This document shows, piece by piece, positions 37,440 to 46,757 of a stretch of 64,000 nucleotides of DNA. Position 1 is the stretch's first letter. Every line of letters begins with the position of its first letter. Location of the stretch: the IMG/VR virus record IMGVR_UViG_3300006175_000006, positions 2,420 through 66,419 of that record. One strand, written 5' to 3'. The translations under genes were made by a program, and so were the position numbers. Source of the stretch: an uncultured virus (IMG/VR IMGVR_UViG_3300006175_000006). Lineage: Duplodnaviria; Heunggongvirae; Uroviricota; Caudoviricetes. The notes below the pieces were generated by a model. It did not search any database and was not told the origin of the DNA. It saw nothing but the letters and a program-made list of their open reading frames with translations.

Positions 37440-37620
37440 GCGGTCTCTCCGTGTCTCTCTCCGGAAGGGCGCAAAGTTGGACCTGCAAATTTGCCGGCGC
37501 AATTCCGTGGACGGAATATTCCTGTGAACGTGCTTGTGGGCTGAAAACTTCGACCCGCTAGATTTTGCGCCTGACGCGTGCTAGTCCTTGGCGGTCTGGA
37601 AGGGGCTTCCCGATTCCGCC

Positions 37621-37821
37621 ATGCCAAGCGTTTCGAGAAAGGAACACAACCTTATGGCAGCGGTCGGCCACAACGCGGCTTTCGCGCGTGAGGTCGGCAT
37701 ACCCCAAAAGGTTGGAATGGATTTCTACAACGCGGACGTAAAGGCGGGAAAGTTCAAGCCCAAAACCCAACGGTCCGTTCCGAACCACCATTTCGCGCAC
37801 GGCCGCCCACGAACCGACTAG
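37621..37821 (+). CDS. Small basic late protein ending PNHHFAHGRPRTD
   Basis: MPSVSRKEHNLMAAVGHN..VGIPQKVG type of small protein seen before terminase genes. Confidence 0.75.
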   Translation: MPSVSRKEHNLMAAVGHNAAFAREVGIPQKVGMDFYNADVKAGKFKPKTQRSVPNHHFAHGRPRTD

Positions 37822-37831
37822 GAGCAAATCA

Positions 37832-38125
37832 ATGGCGAAGGCTGGATATCCCGAAGGCGGCGTGAGCCCGCGCAAGGCAATGGCGATGGGCAAGGCCGGC
37901 GAAGGCGGCAATTTCGGCGTCAAATCATTCGAAAGCATGAACGGTCACATGGGCTCGCACCCCGATCACACCGCCCATACCGGAATGAAGGGCGCGGTTG
38001 GTGACGGCGAGCGCGCAATGGGCCCGGGGATCCATCACACCCGCGGTCATCATCCGGCCCAAGCGGCGCCCAATCACGGCCCGCACCACGTCAATGGCTA
38101 CGGCGACCATCACGGCAAAAGGTAA
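37832..38125 (+). CDS. His/Gly-rich low-complexity late protein
   Basis: AGGAG SD; His-rich C-half with HPDH and PNH motifs. Confidence 0.7.
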   Translation: MAKAGYPEGGVSPRKAMAMGKAGEGGNFGVKSFESMNGHMGSHPDHTAHTGMKGAVGDGERAMGPGIHHTRGHHPAQAAPNHGPHHVNGYGDHHGKR

Positions 38126-38391
38126 TGGTTGCGCGTACACCTAGCGGGTCGGTGAAAGCATCGGCCCGCCGCGCGGCAAAGGCGAAGGGTCATACCCTGC
38201 CTGGTACCGACAAATTCCCAATCAACAATCTCGGGGACCTGTCGAACGCCAAGCATCGGATTGGCACCACCTCTGAGCCGCACGCCAAGGTTGTCGCGTA
38301 TATCAACCGGCGCGCGAAAGCGCTTGGGGGCAAACCGGTTGGTGGTCACCCGGACCATCATTTTGCCCACGGGCGGCCGCGCACAGATTAG
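38125..38391 (+). CDS. Small basic late protein ending PDHHFAHGRPRTD
   Basis: TAATG overlap; KFPI..DLSNA..YINRRAKALG. Confidence 0.75.
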   Translation: MVARTPSGSVKASARRAAKAKGHTLPGTDKFPINNLGDLSNAKHRIGTTSEPHAKVVAYINRRAKALGGKPVGGHPDHHFAHGRPRTD

Positions 38392-38523
38392 CGAAGCCAA
38401 GGGGACGCCATCAGCGGCCGCGCGCCCGGCCGAGCAAACCAAGCTGCTGTCGAGGGGTTCCCTTGGACATGATGCACTTGAACCTGTAACGGCGGTGGGC
38501 GATTTCAACTTTGAGGGGGTTCA

Positions 38524-39081
38524 ATGGCGCGCCGCAATGTTCCTTCCACGGCCCGCAACAAGAAGAAAGCAATCGCGCGGAAGAAGATCGACCCGCGCAC
38601 GCTGATCGAGCGCGTCACATGGCTGGTGAGCCACGGGATGAGTGATCCCGAAGTGGCGTGGATGCTCCGAATTGGCATCCACACCATGTACGAATACAAG
38701 CGGATCTGCCCCGATTTCGCCCGCGCCTTCAAAATCGGCGAAAAGACCAAAGCCAAAAACGTCGAAGGCAAGCTGTATCAGCGCGCGATGGGCTATTCGC
38801 ACCCGGCGGTGAAAATCATGAAGGCCGGGGGCAGGATCGTCCAGGTGCCCTATGAAGAATTCCTGCCGCCGGACGTCGAAGCACAGAAAGCCTTTCTCAA
38901 AGGCAACATGCCGCATAAGTATCGGGAGAAGGTCGAACACGGGGGCGACCCATCAAATCCGGTGAGGTTCATCATTGAAGGCGTGACCCCGGTTATAGAA
39001 AGCGAGAACAGAAGTGAGCCCAGAAGAATCGAGCAAAGAGAAGTCACGGATGCCGAGCTTATCGAACCCGACGTGCGGTAA
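38524..39081 (+). CDS. Terminase small subunit
   Basis: HTH-like N-part, VEGKLYQRAMGYSH..PPDVEA..LK; upstream of TerL. Confidence 0.8.
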   Translation: MARRNVPSTARNKKKAIARKKIDPRTLIERVTWLVSHGMSDPEVAWMLRIGIHTMYEYKRICPDFARAFKIGEKTKAKNVEGKLYQRAMGYSHPAVKIMKAGGRIVQVPYEEFLPPDVEAQKAFLKGNMPHKYREKVEHGGDPSNPVRFIIEGVTPVIESENRSEPRRIEQREVTDAELIEPDVR

Positions 39082-39334
39082 CTGCAAGTTCGCGCAGCCG
39101 TCGCCCGACGCTCAGAAGATCGTTTGCTTTGGTGTACCGCCCACGCCTATCGCGGTTGGTGGCGGAAAAGATTTCGCCGGCCGGCAAACGATCAGTTTCG
39201 AGCGCATCCGGCCCATGCTGCTGCGGGATTCCCCGCCCTGTTCGCTGCATCAACGCCGGCCCAACATCGCGGACCTGGATGTGAGCAAGGTCCCGCTCGA
39301 TCGCTTCGCCAATAGCGGCGATAGCCAGAATTGA
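39050..39334 (+). CDS. Small Cys protein
   Basis: CGNCKF..C..PP..C..H. Confidence 0.55.
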   Translation: MPSLSNPTCGNCKFAQPSPDAQKIVCFGVPPTPIAVGGGKDFAGRQTISFERIRPMLLRDSPPCSLHQRRPNIADLDVSKVPLDRFANSGDSQN

Positions 39335-39546
39335 TCATGGGCTTTCTCGATTCGTGGCTGTTTCGCCGGTGGGTCCGGATTTCGGACGAAACATCGTCGC
39401 GGATTGTCAACGCGCTCGCTGATAACGGCATTGTCGCTCACTGGATGCGGGAACGCTCAATCCACTACCTTTACGTTCAAACGAACGAAGGGACAGAAGC
39501 GGTGCTAGAAACCGGCCCCAATGGCTGTTGGGCGCGGGTCCGCTGA
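39331..39546 (+). CDS. Hypothetical protein
   Basis: ORF in coupled run. Confidence 0.4.
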   Translation: MIMGFLDSWLFRRWVRISDETSSRIVNALADNGIVAHWMRERSIHYLYVQTNEGTEAVLETGPNGCWARVR

Positions 39547-39770
39547 TGGTCTGCCGCTTCAAAGTTCGCGATTATGTTCCCTGCGTCGTCGACGATGGCG
39601 ACTACTGTTATTCGGCGAGTCACACTTTCGAACCGATGTGCCGCGGCTGCGGCGGTACGCCAGAGGAAACCGGGGTGCCGAAACCCCGCGGTTTCGATGC
39701 GATGGTCAAACTCTTCCGATACGAAAAGCAATCCGATGAGGAAGCGGAGCCCTCGGGTAGGCTGAACTGA

Positions 39771-41255
39771 GTGGAAATCCGCTTTTCCTATAACTGCGTC
39801 CCGACGCTTCGCCAGTTTGCCGAGTCCAATGCGTTCTTGCGCGCCATTGTGGGCCCCATCGGTGGCGGCAAATCCTCTGCATCGGTAATCGAATTCCCGC
39901 GCCGGGCGATGGCGCAAAAGCCGGGGAAGGACGGGATCCGGCGAACCCGGTGGGTTGTGATCCGCAACACCTTCCCTGAATTGCGCGACACCACCATCCG
40001 GACGTTTCATCAATGGTTGCCGCCCGAGCACTTCGGCCGCTGGTACGCGCAAGACCATCGCTATGTGGTCAAAGCCTTCAAGGGCTGCGAATTCGAAGTC
40101 CTCTTCCGCGCGCTGGACAAGCCCGACGATATCAAAAAGTTGCTGTCGCTGGATATCACCGGCGGCTGGATCAATGAGGTGCGGGAAATTCCCTGGGCGA
40201 TTGTCGACGCGCTCCAAGGCCGCTGCGGTCGTTACCCCGCGCAAAGCGATGGCGGCCCGACATGGTTCGGGCTCTGGATGGATACCAACCCGCCGGACAC
40301 CGATTCGACCTTTTACAAATTCTTTGAGGACGGCGTTTGGCAAAGGAGCTTTGAGGAATTGCGGCAGTCCGGGATGTTTGAAGCCGGCGCCCAAGCGTCC
40401 GATTTCGCGGCAATCTTTCATCAACCATCCGGCCTGTCGGCGGACGCTGAAAACGTGCCGAACCTGCCGCCGGGATATTATCCGCGCCTCTGTGTCGGCA
40501 AGTCGAAAGAGTGGATCAAAGTCTATGTCGGCGGTGAGTACGGTTTCGTTTCCGACGATCGCCGGGTCTACACCGAATATTCCGACGAAGCGCATTTGCG
40601 GGACAATATCGAGCCGATCAAAGGGCTCCCGATTTACCGCGGGTGGGATTTCGGACTAACCCCGGCGTGCTCGTTCTCGCAAGTCCTTCCGGATGGCCGC
40701 TGGCTGATTTTCGACGAAATGATTTCTGAGGAAATGGGGATCGACCGCTTCTCCGATGAGGTGCTTACGCATTGCTCCCGGTCGTTCAAAGGCGAGGCCG
40801 AATTCGAAGATTACGGGGATCCGGCGGGAAGCGAGCGGGCCGAAACCGACGAAAAGACCTGCTTCGATATCTGTCAGGCGAAGGGGATCGCCATGCAGCC
40901 CGGGCTTCAATCGGTCGCCATCCGGCTCGAATCGGTGCGTAAGCCGTTGCGCACGCTGATCAATGGCAAGCCCCAAATGGTGCTGCACAAGCGCTGCAAA
41001 ACGCTCCGCAAGGCGATGCTCGGGGGGTACCACTTCAAACGGCTCATGACCAAAGCCGAGCGCTACACCACAAAACCCGACAAAAACCATCCGTATTCGG
41101 ACATTATGAACTGCGTGGAATACACGGGCACTATTCTTTTCGGCGGCGGCTTGACGCAATCGGATCAACGTGATGATTTCGAGTCGATCGCTGGTCGCGC
41201 TGCAGAACGGGACTTCGACTCAGGGGTGGGAAGATCCAAAGTCACGGGGTACTGA
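39771..41255 (+). CDS. Terminase large subunit
   Basis: Walker A VGPIGGGKS, WINE, DTNPPD, RGWDFGLTPAC, GDPAG. Confidence 0.93.
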   Translation: MEIRFSYNCVPTLRQFAESNAFLRAIVGPIGGGKSSASVIEFPRRAMAQKPGKDGIRRTRWVVIRNTFPELRDTTIRTFHQWLPPEHFGRWYAQDHRYVVKAFKGCEFEVLFRALDKPDDIKKLLSLDITGGWINEVREIPWAIVDALQGRCGRYPAQSDGGPTWFGLWMDTNPPDTDSTFYKFFEDGVWQRSFEELRQSGMFEAGAQASDFAAIFHQPSGLSADAENVPNLPPGYYPRLCVGKSKEWIKVYVGGEYGFVSDDRRVYTEYSDEAHLRDNIEPIKGLPIYRGWDFGLTPACSFSQVLPDGRWLIFDEMISEEMGIDRFSDEVLTHCSRSFKGEAEFEDYGDPAGSERAETDEKTCFDICQAKGIAMQPGLQSVAIRLESVRKPLRTLINGKPQMVLHKRCKTLRKAMLGGYHFKRLMTKAERYTTKPDKNHPYSDIMNCVEYTGTILFGGGLTQSDQRDDFESIAGRAAERDFDSGVGRSKVTGY

Positions 41256-41527
41256 TGCAGGTCGTTCCTTCCGGATTTAGGCAGGACCCTGGTGCCCTCG
41301 AAAGCCTTAAAGCGCTCGTGGCCGAAGTCGAAGCCGGCGAAATCTCCGTCGAAACCTTTTACCTCGCTGTTTACGGGTCGCGCCGGCTGGACCGCGACGG
41401 CAATGTGACCGAACCGCTTACGCGCGCTTATGACAGCGGGCTTACGATCGAACAGGCGGTGACGCTTTTGGAGCGAGAAAAATTCCGCATACTCTGTGCA
41501 GCCGATGGGGTAAAACCGCTCACATGA
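41255..41527 (+). CDS. Hypothetical protein
   Basis: TGATG overlap. Confidence 0.55.
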   Translation: MQVVPSGFRQDPGALESLKALVAEVEAGEISVETFYLAVYGSRRLDRDGNVTEPLTRAYDSGLTIEQAVTLLEREKFRILCAADGVKPLT

Positions 41528-41739
41528 CCATGATACCGGAAAAGCAGTCGACGGCGATTAAGGGTCATTCCTACGATCCCGGGACGCGCAAGCTGCGGGT
41601 CACCTTCACCAACAATCAGACCTATGAATACGACGACGTGCCGCCGGAAAGGTATGTCTCGTTTACGGGGGCGAATTCCATGGGCGAATTCCACAACAAG
41701 CGAATTCGGCCGAACCATATCAGCCGCAAGGTGAAATGA
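41524..41739 (+). CDS. KTSC domain protein
   Basis: STAIKGHSYD..LRVTF..YEYDDVP..SMGEFHNKRIR. Confidence 0.85.
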   Translation: MTMIPEKQSTAIKGHSYDPGTRKLRVTFTNNQTYEYDDVPPERYVSFTGANSMGEFHNKRIRPNHISRKVK

Positions 41740-41991
41740 ATGGCAGAAGCCAGCAACATCCGGGAAGTCGATTTTTCCAAAAACCGAAACGAAGATCTGA
41801 TCGAAGAATTGCGCAAGCTTGTGGCCCAGGCCGAATCGGGAGAGATTTGCGGGGTGGTTGCCGTCAAACTGCGGCCCGATGGCAGATTTGCGATTTTGCG
41901 AACCGGGGACTGTTCGGATCTGGAACTATGCGGCGCGCTGGCCTTTGCGTCATATGACACAATCCAGGCCAACGCGGCGGTGCCAGAATGA
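41740..41991 (+). CDS. Hypothetical protein
   Basis: LVAQAESGEICGVVAV. Confidence 0.6.
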   Translation: MAEASNIREVDFSKNRNEDLIEELRKLVAQAESGEICGVVAVKLRPDGRFAILRTGDCSDLELCGALAFASYDTIQANAAVPE

Positions 41992-42443
41992 TCAAAGGTT
42001 GGAGCCGGGGGATGAAGAGGTCGGATCTTTCGGGATTGGATAAAAAGCTCGACCTGATTTTGGGCAAACTCAAAGAATTGGAGATTCGAATGTCCCAGAC
42101 CGACGACGCCATTGCCAAACTGCAGGGCGATGTTTCAGCCGAAAACAATGTGGTCAATTCGGCAATTACCCTTCTGAACGGCCTCAGCGCACAGTTGGCG
42201 GCCGCTCTCGCCGCGGCGGCTAATGCCGGCGCGACCCCCGCACAGTTGCAAGCGCTTTCCGACCTTGCGACCTCGATCGAAGGATCGAGCGCAAGCCTCG
42301 CACAGGCGGTTGCGAACAACACCGCGCCTCCGGGTCAACCCACTCCGACCGCGACCGCGACGGACACCACGTCCACGGCTGTCTCGACCGCAACTGCTAC
42401 AGACACGTCGACGAATACGAATACCAATTCGCCGTCGCCTTGA
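41988..42443 (+). CDS. Ala-rich coiled-coil protein with Thr-rich tail
   Basis: SAITLLNGL..LAQAVANNT then PTPTATATDTTST; start may be 42090. Confidence 0.6.
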   Translation: MIKGWSRGMKRSDLSGLDKKLDLILGKLKELEIRMSQTDDAIAKLQGDVSAENNVVNSAITLLNGLSAQLAAALAAAANAGATPAQLQALSDLATSIEGSSASLAQAVANNTAPPGQPTPTATATDTTSTAVSTATATDTSTNTNTNSPSP

Positions 42444-42545
42444 TGCCGGAATGTCCGTCGTCCGTCCTAGGGCCACGGAACAGAAACGCCGGTCATTTCC
42501 TCGCGGTCTTGGCTGGCGTTTCGCCTTTTGAGAGAGAGAAGGCCA

Positions 42546-42758
42546 ATGGCTGCAGAAGTTGTCCATCTTCCATCCCCCACCGAACCGAGCGACGTACTCA
42601 ATGCCGCGCTCGCCAAAAACCTAAAGATTGCCGCCGTCGTCGGCGTCACCCAGGACGGGCGGTTCGTGATCATGTCGTCCCGGCAAAACGTCGCGCAAAC
42701 CGTTCTGATGCTGGAAGCCGCAAAGCAGTCCCTTGTCACGATGGCCTTTGCCGGGTGA
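42546..42758 (+). CDS. Hypothetical protein
   Basis: GAAGG SD. Confidence 0.55.
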   Translation: MAAEVVHLPSPTEPSDVLNAALAKNLKIAAVVGVTQDGRFVIMSSRQNVAQTVLMLEAAKQSLVTMAFAG

Positions 42759-42770
42759 CAGCGGGGACGT

Positions 42771-45137
42771 TTGCGCGTAAATCTCGCCGGCGCTGCTCGG
42801 GGGGATTGCCGCTTGGCTCTCGTAGAATCGTCTCTTCCGGTGCTCTCACGCCCCGGCGACACTGACACGCTGATCGAACCCGACGAAGATGGGGACGGGC
42901 TGGAAGAACAGCGCCCGTTCAAAGCTGAGCCGCCGGCGGACGTCAAAAAGCAGCTTGTCGACTGGATCGACAATCATAACATCGCCCGCGACGTCGACCC
43001 CCGGCTTCTGGGCGAACTCGGGATGCTGGTCGTCCGGGAATTCGATATCGACGACAACACCCGTGGCGAGTGGAAACAGGAAGCCGAAGAGGCGCTGAAA
43101 TTCGCGACCCAAGTGGCGACGGAAAAGCAATATCCGTGGCCGAAAGCCTCCAACATCATCTATCCGCTGATTACCCGCGCCGCGATTGAATTCGCGGCCA
43201 TGACGTACCCCGCCATCGTCCGGGGGCGGAACATCGTCCGTGGCATGGTTTGGGGCGGCGATGATGGCACGCCGGCAACACAGGATGGCGACCCGAACTC
43301 GGCGCCGATCTTGGGTCCGGACAATCAACCGGTTTGGCTTGTTGCGCCGGGCGCCAAGCAAATCCGCGCCGATAAGGTCGGCGAGCATATGTCCTGGCAG
43401 TTGCTCGACGAAATGGAATATTGGGAGTGGCAGACCGATACGCTCCTGCATCAACTTCCGATCGTCGGCGGCGCGGTGCGCAAAACCTACCGCAATTTCG
43501 TCAAAGACCGGAACGAATCGGTACTCGTTTCGCTGATGAACATTGTCTGGAATAAAAACGCGAAGTCCTTTGCAGAGGCGCCGCGCCACTCCGAACTCTT
43601 CACCCTGCAGCCCTATGAAATCGAGGAGCGCGAACGCGACGATGAAAATTTCCTGACCATTCAGTACGGGGTTGGCGGCACGGTTGATGATCCCGGCGAG
43701 CCCGGGGACAGCAGCAATCCACAGGAATATATCGAACAGCATCGGCGCTATGATCTGGACGGCGACGGCTATCCCGAGCCCCTGATTGTCACCGTTCACC
43801 GCCAAAGTTCGAAGGTCGTCCGCATCGTCGCCCGCTATGAGGCAATCGGGATTATCGACCGGGACGGGGAAATTCTCCGCATTGAGCCTGTCGACCACTA
43901 CACGCTTTACCCGTTTTTTCCCGATCCCCGCGGCGGTTCCTATCCCATCGGCTTCGGCCATCTGCTCAAGCCGCTGAATGAAGCCATCAACACATCGATG
44001 AACCAAATGTTTGATGCGGGCCATCTGCAGATCGCCGGCGGCGGCTTTGTCGGCACCTCGCTTTCGCTGCACGCGGGACCGGTCAATTTCCGGCTCGGGG
44101 AGTACAAACCGGTCAACACCAAAGGCGGCAATATCCGGGACTCGGTTATGCCGCTCCCCTTCCCGGGCCCCAATCAGGTGCTATTCGAACTGCTCGGCTT
44201 CTTGACCAAAGCGGCCGAACAGATCGCGGCAACCCAGAACATCATTTCAGCCGACGCGGCCGGGCTCGCAAACATTCAGCCCACGACGCTTGTGCTTCTT
44301 ATCAGCCAAGGGATGCGGACCTACACCGCCATCCATCAACGCATTTATCGCTCGCTGAAATCGGAATTCGCCAAGCTGTTCCGCTTGAACAGGCTGTTCC
44401 TGCAGCGGGACCAACGCTACCGGATTGGCGACACCTGGCGCGTGGTGAAGCCAGAGGATTACCGCTTGGGCGGCGGCGTGGAACCGGTTTCGGACCCGCG
44501 CGAAGTGACCGACATGCAACGCTTGGGGCGGGCCATCGCGATTAAGGAATTCGCGAACGACCCGCTTTGCAATCCCATGGAGGTGCGCCGGCGCTATTTC
44601 GAAGCCCTGCAAATCGAGCGGATCGACAAGCTCTTGGTCCAGCAGCCGCCGGGACCCTCACCAGATCAACAGGCCGAAACTGCCCTCACCATGGCGAATA
44701 TCGGCCGTGCCCGGGCGGCGGAATTGAAGGATCAAAGTCAGGCGGTCCTCAACATGGCGCTGGCGCGCGCCAAAGCTTCCGGCCCGGAAATGGACTGGAT
44801 CGACAAGCAGCTTGAAGTTATGCGGATGCACATTGAGGCGCTGAATACGACGGTGAAGGCGGCCGACGTCGATGCCAAGGTTCACGGCCACAACATGCAC
44901 TTAAAGGCAACCCAGGAAAGAGCAAGACAGGTCTCGAATGAACGACCAAGCCCAGAACCCCCAAGCCCAGGACCCGCCCCCATCGCACCCCAACCCGCTG
45001 GTAGCGGTCCTCTCGCAAGTAGCCTACCAACAGTGGCGCCACCATCCGGTAACGCAAATGGTTCTGCGCTACCTGTTCCACCGGGCGGAGGACTACCGGG
45101 CGGCGGCCCTGGCCCTGTGGGAATCGGGGGAACTTGA
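42771..45137 (+). CDS. Portal protein
   Basis: PWPKASNIIYPLI, HMSWQL, DLDGDGYPEPLIVT, NQMFDAG; between TerL and scaffold; start uncertain. Confidence 0.9.
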   Translation: MRVNLAGAARGDCRLALVESSLPVLSRPGDTDTLIEPDEDGDGLEEQRPFKAEPPADVKKQLVDWIDNHNIARDVDPRLLGELGMLVVREFDIDDNTRGEWKQEAEEALKFATQVATEKQYPWPKASNIIYPLITRAAIEFAAMTYPAIVRGRNIVRGMVWGGDDGTPATQDGDPNSAPILGPDNQPVWLVAPGAKQIRADKVGEHMSWQLLDEMEYWEWQTDTLLHQLPIVGGAVRKTYRNFVKDRNESVLVSLMNIVWNKNAKSFAEAPRHSELFTLQPYEIEERERDDENFLTIQYGVGGTVDDPGEPGDSSNPQEYIEQHRRYDLDGDGYPEPLIVTVHRQSSKVVRIVARYEAIGIIDRDGEILRIEPVDHYTLYPFFPDPRGGSYPIGFGHLLKPLNEAINTSMNQMFDAGHLQIAGGGFVGTSLSLHAGPVNFRLGEYKPVNTKGGNIRDSVMPLPFPGPNQVLFELLGFLTKAAEQIAATQNIISADAAGLANIQPTTLVLLISQGMRTYTAIHQRIYRSLKSEFAKLFRLNRLFLQRDQRYRIGDTWRVVKPEDYRLGGGVEPVSDPREVTDMQRLGRAIAIKEFANDPLCNPMEVRRRYFEALQIERIDKLLVQQPPGPSPDQQAETALTMANIGRARAAELKDQSQAVLNMALARAKASGPEMDWIDKQLEVMRMHIEALNTTVKAADVDAKVHGHNMHLKATQERARQVSNERPSPEPPSPGPAPIAPQPAGSGPLASSLPTVAPPSGNANGSALPVPPGGGLPGGGPGPVGIGGT

Positions 45138-45309
45138 TGAGCAAAAGCATCGCTCGGAAGAGTTACGCGCCCGCGTCTTGTGCCTCCAAGAATTGCAGAC
45201 ACTAGATTTGGACAGTATAAAAAACTTCTACGAGTTACTTAGCTTAGCTCAGCAAAGGGAAAATGGCGGAAGCACAGAGGGCGCCGACCGCGCCAAAACC
45301 GGTCAGTAG
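44938..45309 (+). CDS. Small post-portal protein overlapping portal 3' end
   Basis: QQWRHHPVTQ motif, helical composition. Confidence 0.6.
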   Translation: MNDQAQNPQAQDPPPSHPNPLVAVLSQVAYQQWRHHPVTQMVLRYLFHRAEDYRAAALALWESGELDEQKHRSEELRARVLCLQELQTLDLDSIKNFYELLSLAQQRENGGSTEGADRAKTGQ

Positions 45310-45718
45310 GCTTAACGCTGAATATATCCCGGCCCAATGGCACGGGAAGGACACCTCGGGAATTCGCTGCGTCGGGGTCTATGTTCTGGTGCTGATGGAT
45401 ACCGTCTCGGAACAGACCGCCGGCGGCGCGTATCTCACCCTCGATCATCAAGAACGCCTGCAAATGGGCGCCGAAAGCGGCGTTCTCGTCGCGGTTGGCG
45501 GAAGCGCCTTCCGCCTGAACGATGATGGTAGCCAGTGGTCGGGCGTCAAGCCTGTGCCGGGCGACCATATTCAGGTCGAACGCTATGCGGGCTCACAGGT
45601 CCGCGGCCGGGACGGGCTGGTTTACCGGCTCATGACCTACGGCAACGTGGGCGCGGTTTACGAGCCCATTCCGAGCGATGAACAACCGGAACAGCAAGCG
45701 GGGAACAGCAATGGCTAG
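45263..45718 (+). CDS. GroES-like co-chaperonin
   Basis: VLV..EQTAGGAYL..GVLVAVG..PGDHIQVERYAG..YRLM. Confidence 0.8.
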   Translation: MAEAQRAPTAPKPVSRLNAEYIPAQWHGKDTSGIRCVGVYVLVLMDTVSEQTAGGAYLTLDHQERLQMGAESGVLVAVGGSAFRLNDDGSQWSGVKPVPGDHIQVERYAGSQVRGRDGLVYRLMTYGNVGAVYEPIPSDEQPEQQAGNSNG

Positions 45719-46757
45719 GGGTGCAGTTGTTGAATCGAGCCTCCCGGGAAGCGACCCAGAGGACGATCCGGAAATTGATCCACAGGAAATTGAGCGGCAA
45801 ACTCGCGAGGTTGAGGAACCGCCCGAAGAGGACGATTCTGCGGCACTGGAAGCGGAAGCTCGCCGGCAGGGCTGGCGTCCAATTTCAGAGTACCGCGGAG
45901 ACCCGAAGGACTTTGTGGGTGCGCGCGAATTCCTCGAGCGCGGGCGCGACTTCGTGCCCTTCATCCGCAAAGACCTCAAAGAGTGGAAAGACAAGGCGGC
46001 CAATCTTGAGTCGCAAGTCGTCCAGTTGCGCAATGAAATGTCGGAAATGACACAGCTTGCCCGTGACCTGCGCGACGCGAATGTAAAGGCCGAACAGCGC
46101 GGTTACGACCGCGCCATGGCCGAACTAAAAGACCGCCAGCGGCAGGCAGTCGTTGATGGCAATGTTGAACAATACGACGCGGCCGAAGCTGAAATGGCGC
46201 GCCTGGAACGGCCCAATGGGCAAGCCCCGGCGCGTCGTCCGGCCGTATCGGATGCGCCTCCGCCCAACGACCCGCCTCCGCCGCCTCCGCCGAACAATCA
46301 GCAGGTCGATCCGGTTGCGGCGCAATGGGTGAAGGAAAACCCGTGGTTCCAGACAGATCCGGTTTTGGCGGCACAAATGAACGCCGAGCATGTATCGCTC
46401 AAGGCGACTGCCCCGGGTCTCTCGCTCGCCGAAAATCTCCGTCTCGCAAAGGAAGCCGTGGTGGCGCGCTATCCGGAAAAATTCGGCGTACAGCCGCGCA
46501 ATCGCCAGCGTCCGCGCATGGGGGTTGAGGAACCATCCGGCGGCGGCGGCGGCGGTTCGCGTGAGCGCGCCAATGGGATCAACACGATCACCGACCCTGC
46601 CGAACGGGCCGAAGCGCGGCGCGAATTCGAGCGGCAAAAACTATCCATGCCGGGCTACACCGAGGCCCAATTCATGAAGCTTTATAACAATCCGCGTGCG
46701 GACGTTCTGGCCGACATGCAGCAGAAGCGGCGTAGGGAGCGCAACAATGTCCAATAA
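45711..46757 (+). CDS. Capsid scaffolding protein
   Basis: EARRQGWRP..FVGAREFL, coiled coil, WVKENPWF; position before capsid. Confidence 0.75.
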   Translation: MARGAVVESSLPGSDPEDDPEIDPQEIERQTREVEEPPEEDDSAALEAEARRQGWRPISEYRGDPKDFVGAREFLERGRDFVPFIRKDLKEWKDKAANLESQVVQLRNEMSEMTQLARDLRDANVKAEQRGYDRAMAELKDRQRQAVVDGNVEQYDAAEAEMARLERPNGQAPARRPAVSDAPPPNDPPPPPPPNNQQVDPVAAQWVKENPWFQTDPVLAAQMNAEHVSLKATAPGLSLAENLRLAKEAVVARYPEKFGVQPRNRQRPRMGVEEPSGGGGGGSRERANGINTITDPAERAEARREFERQKLSMPGYTEAQFMKLYNNPRADVLADMQQKRRRERNNVQ

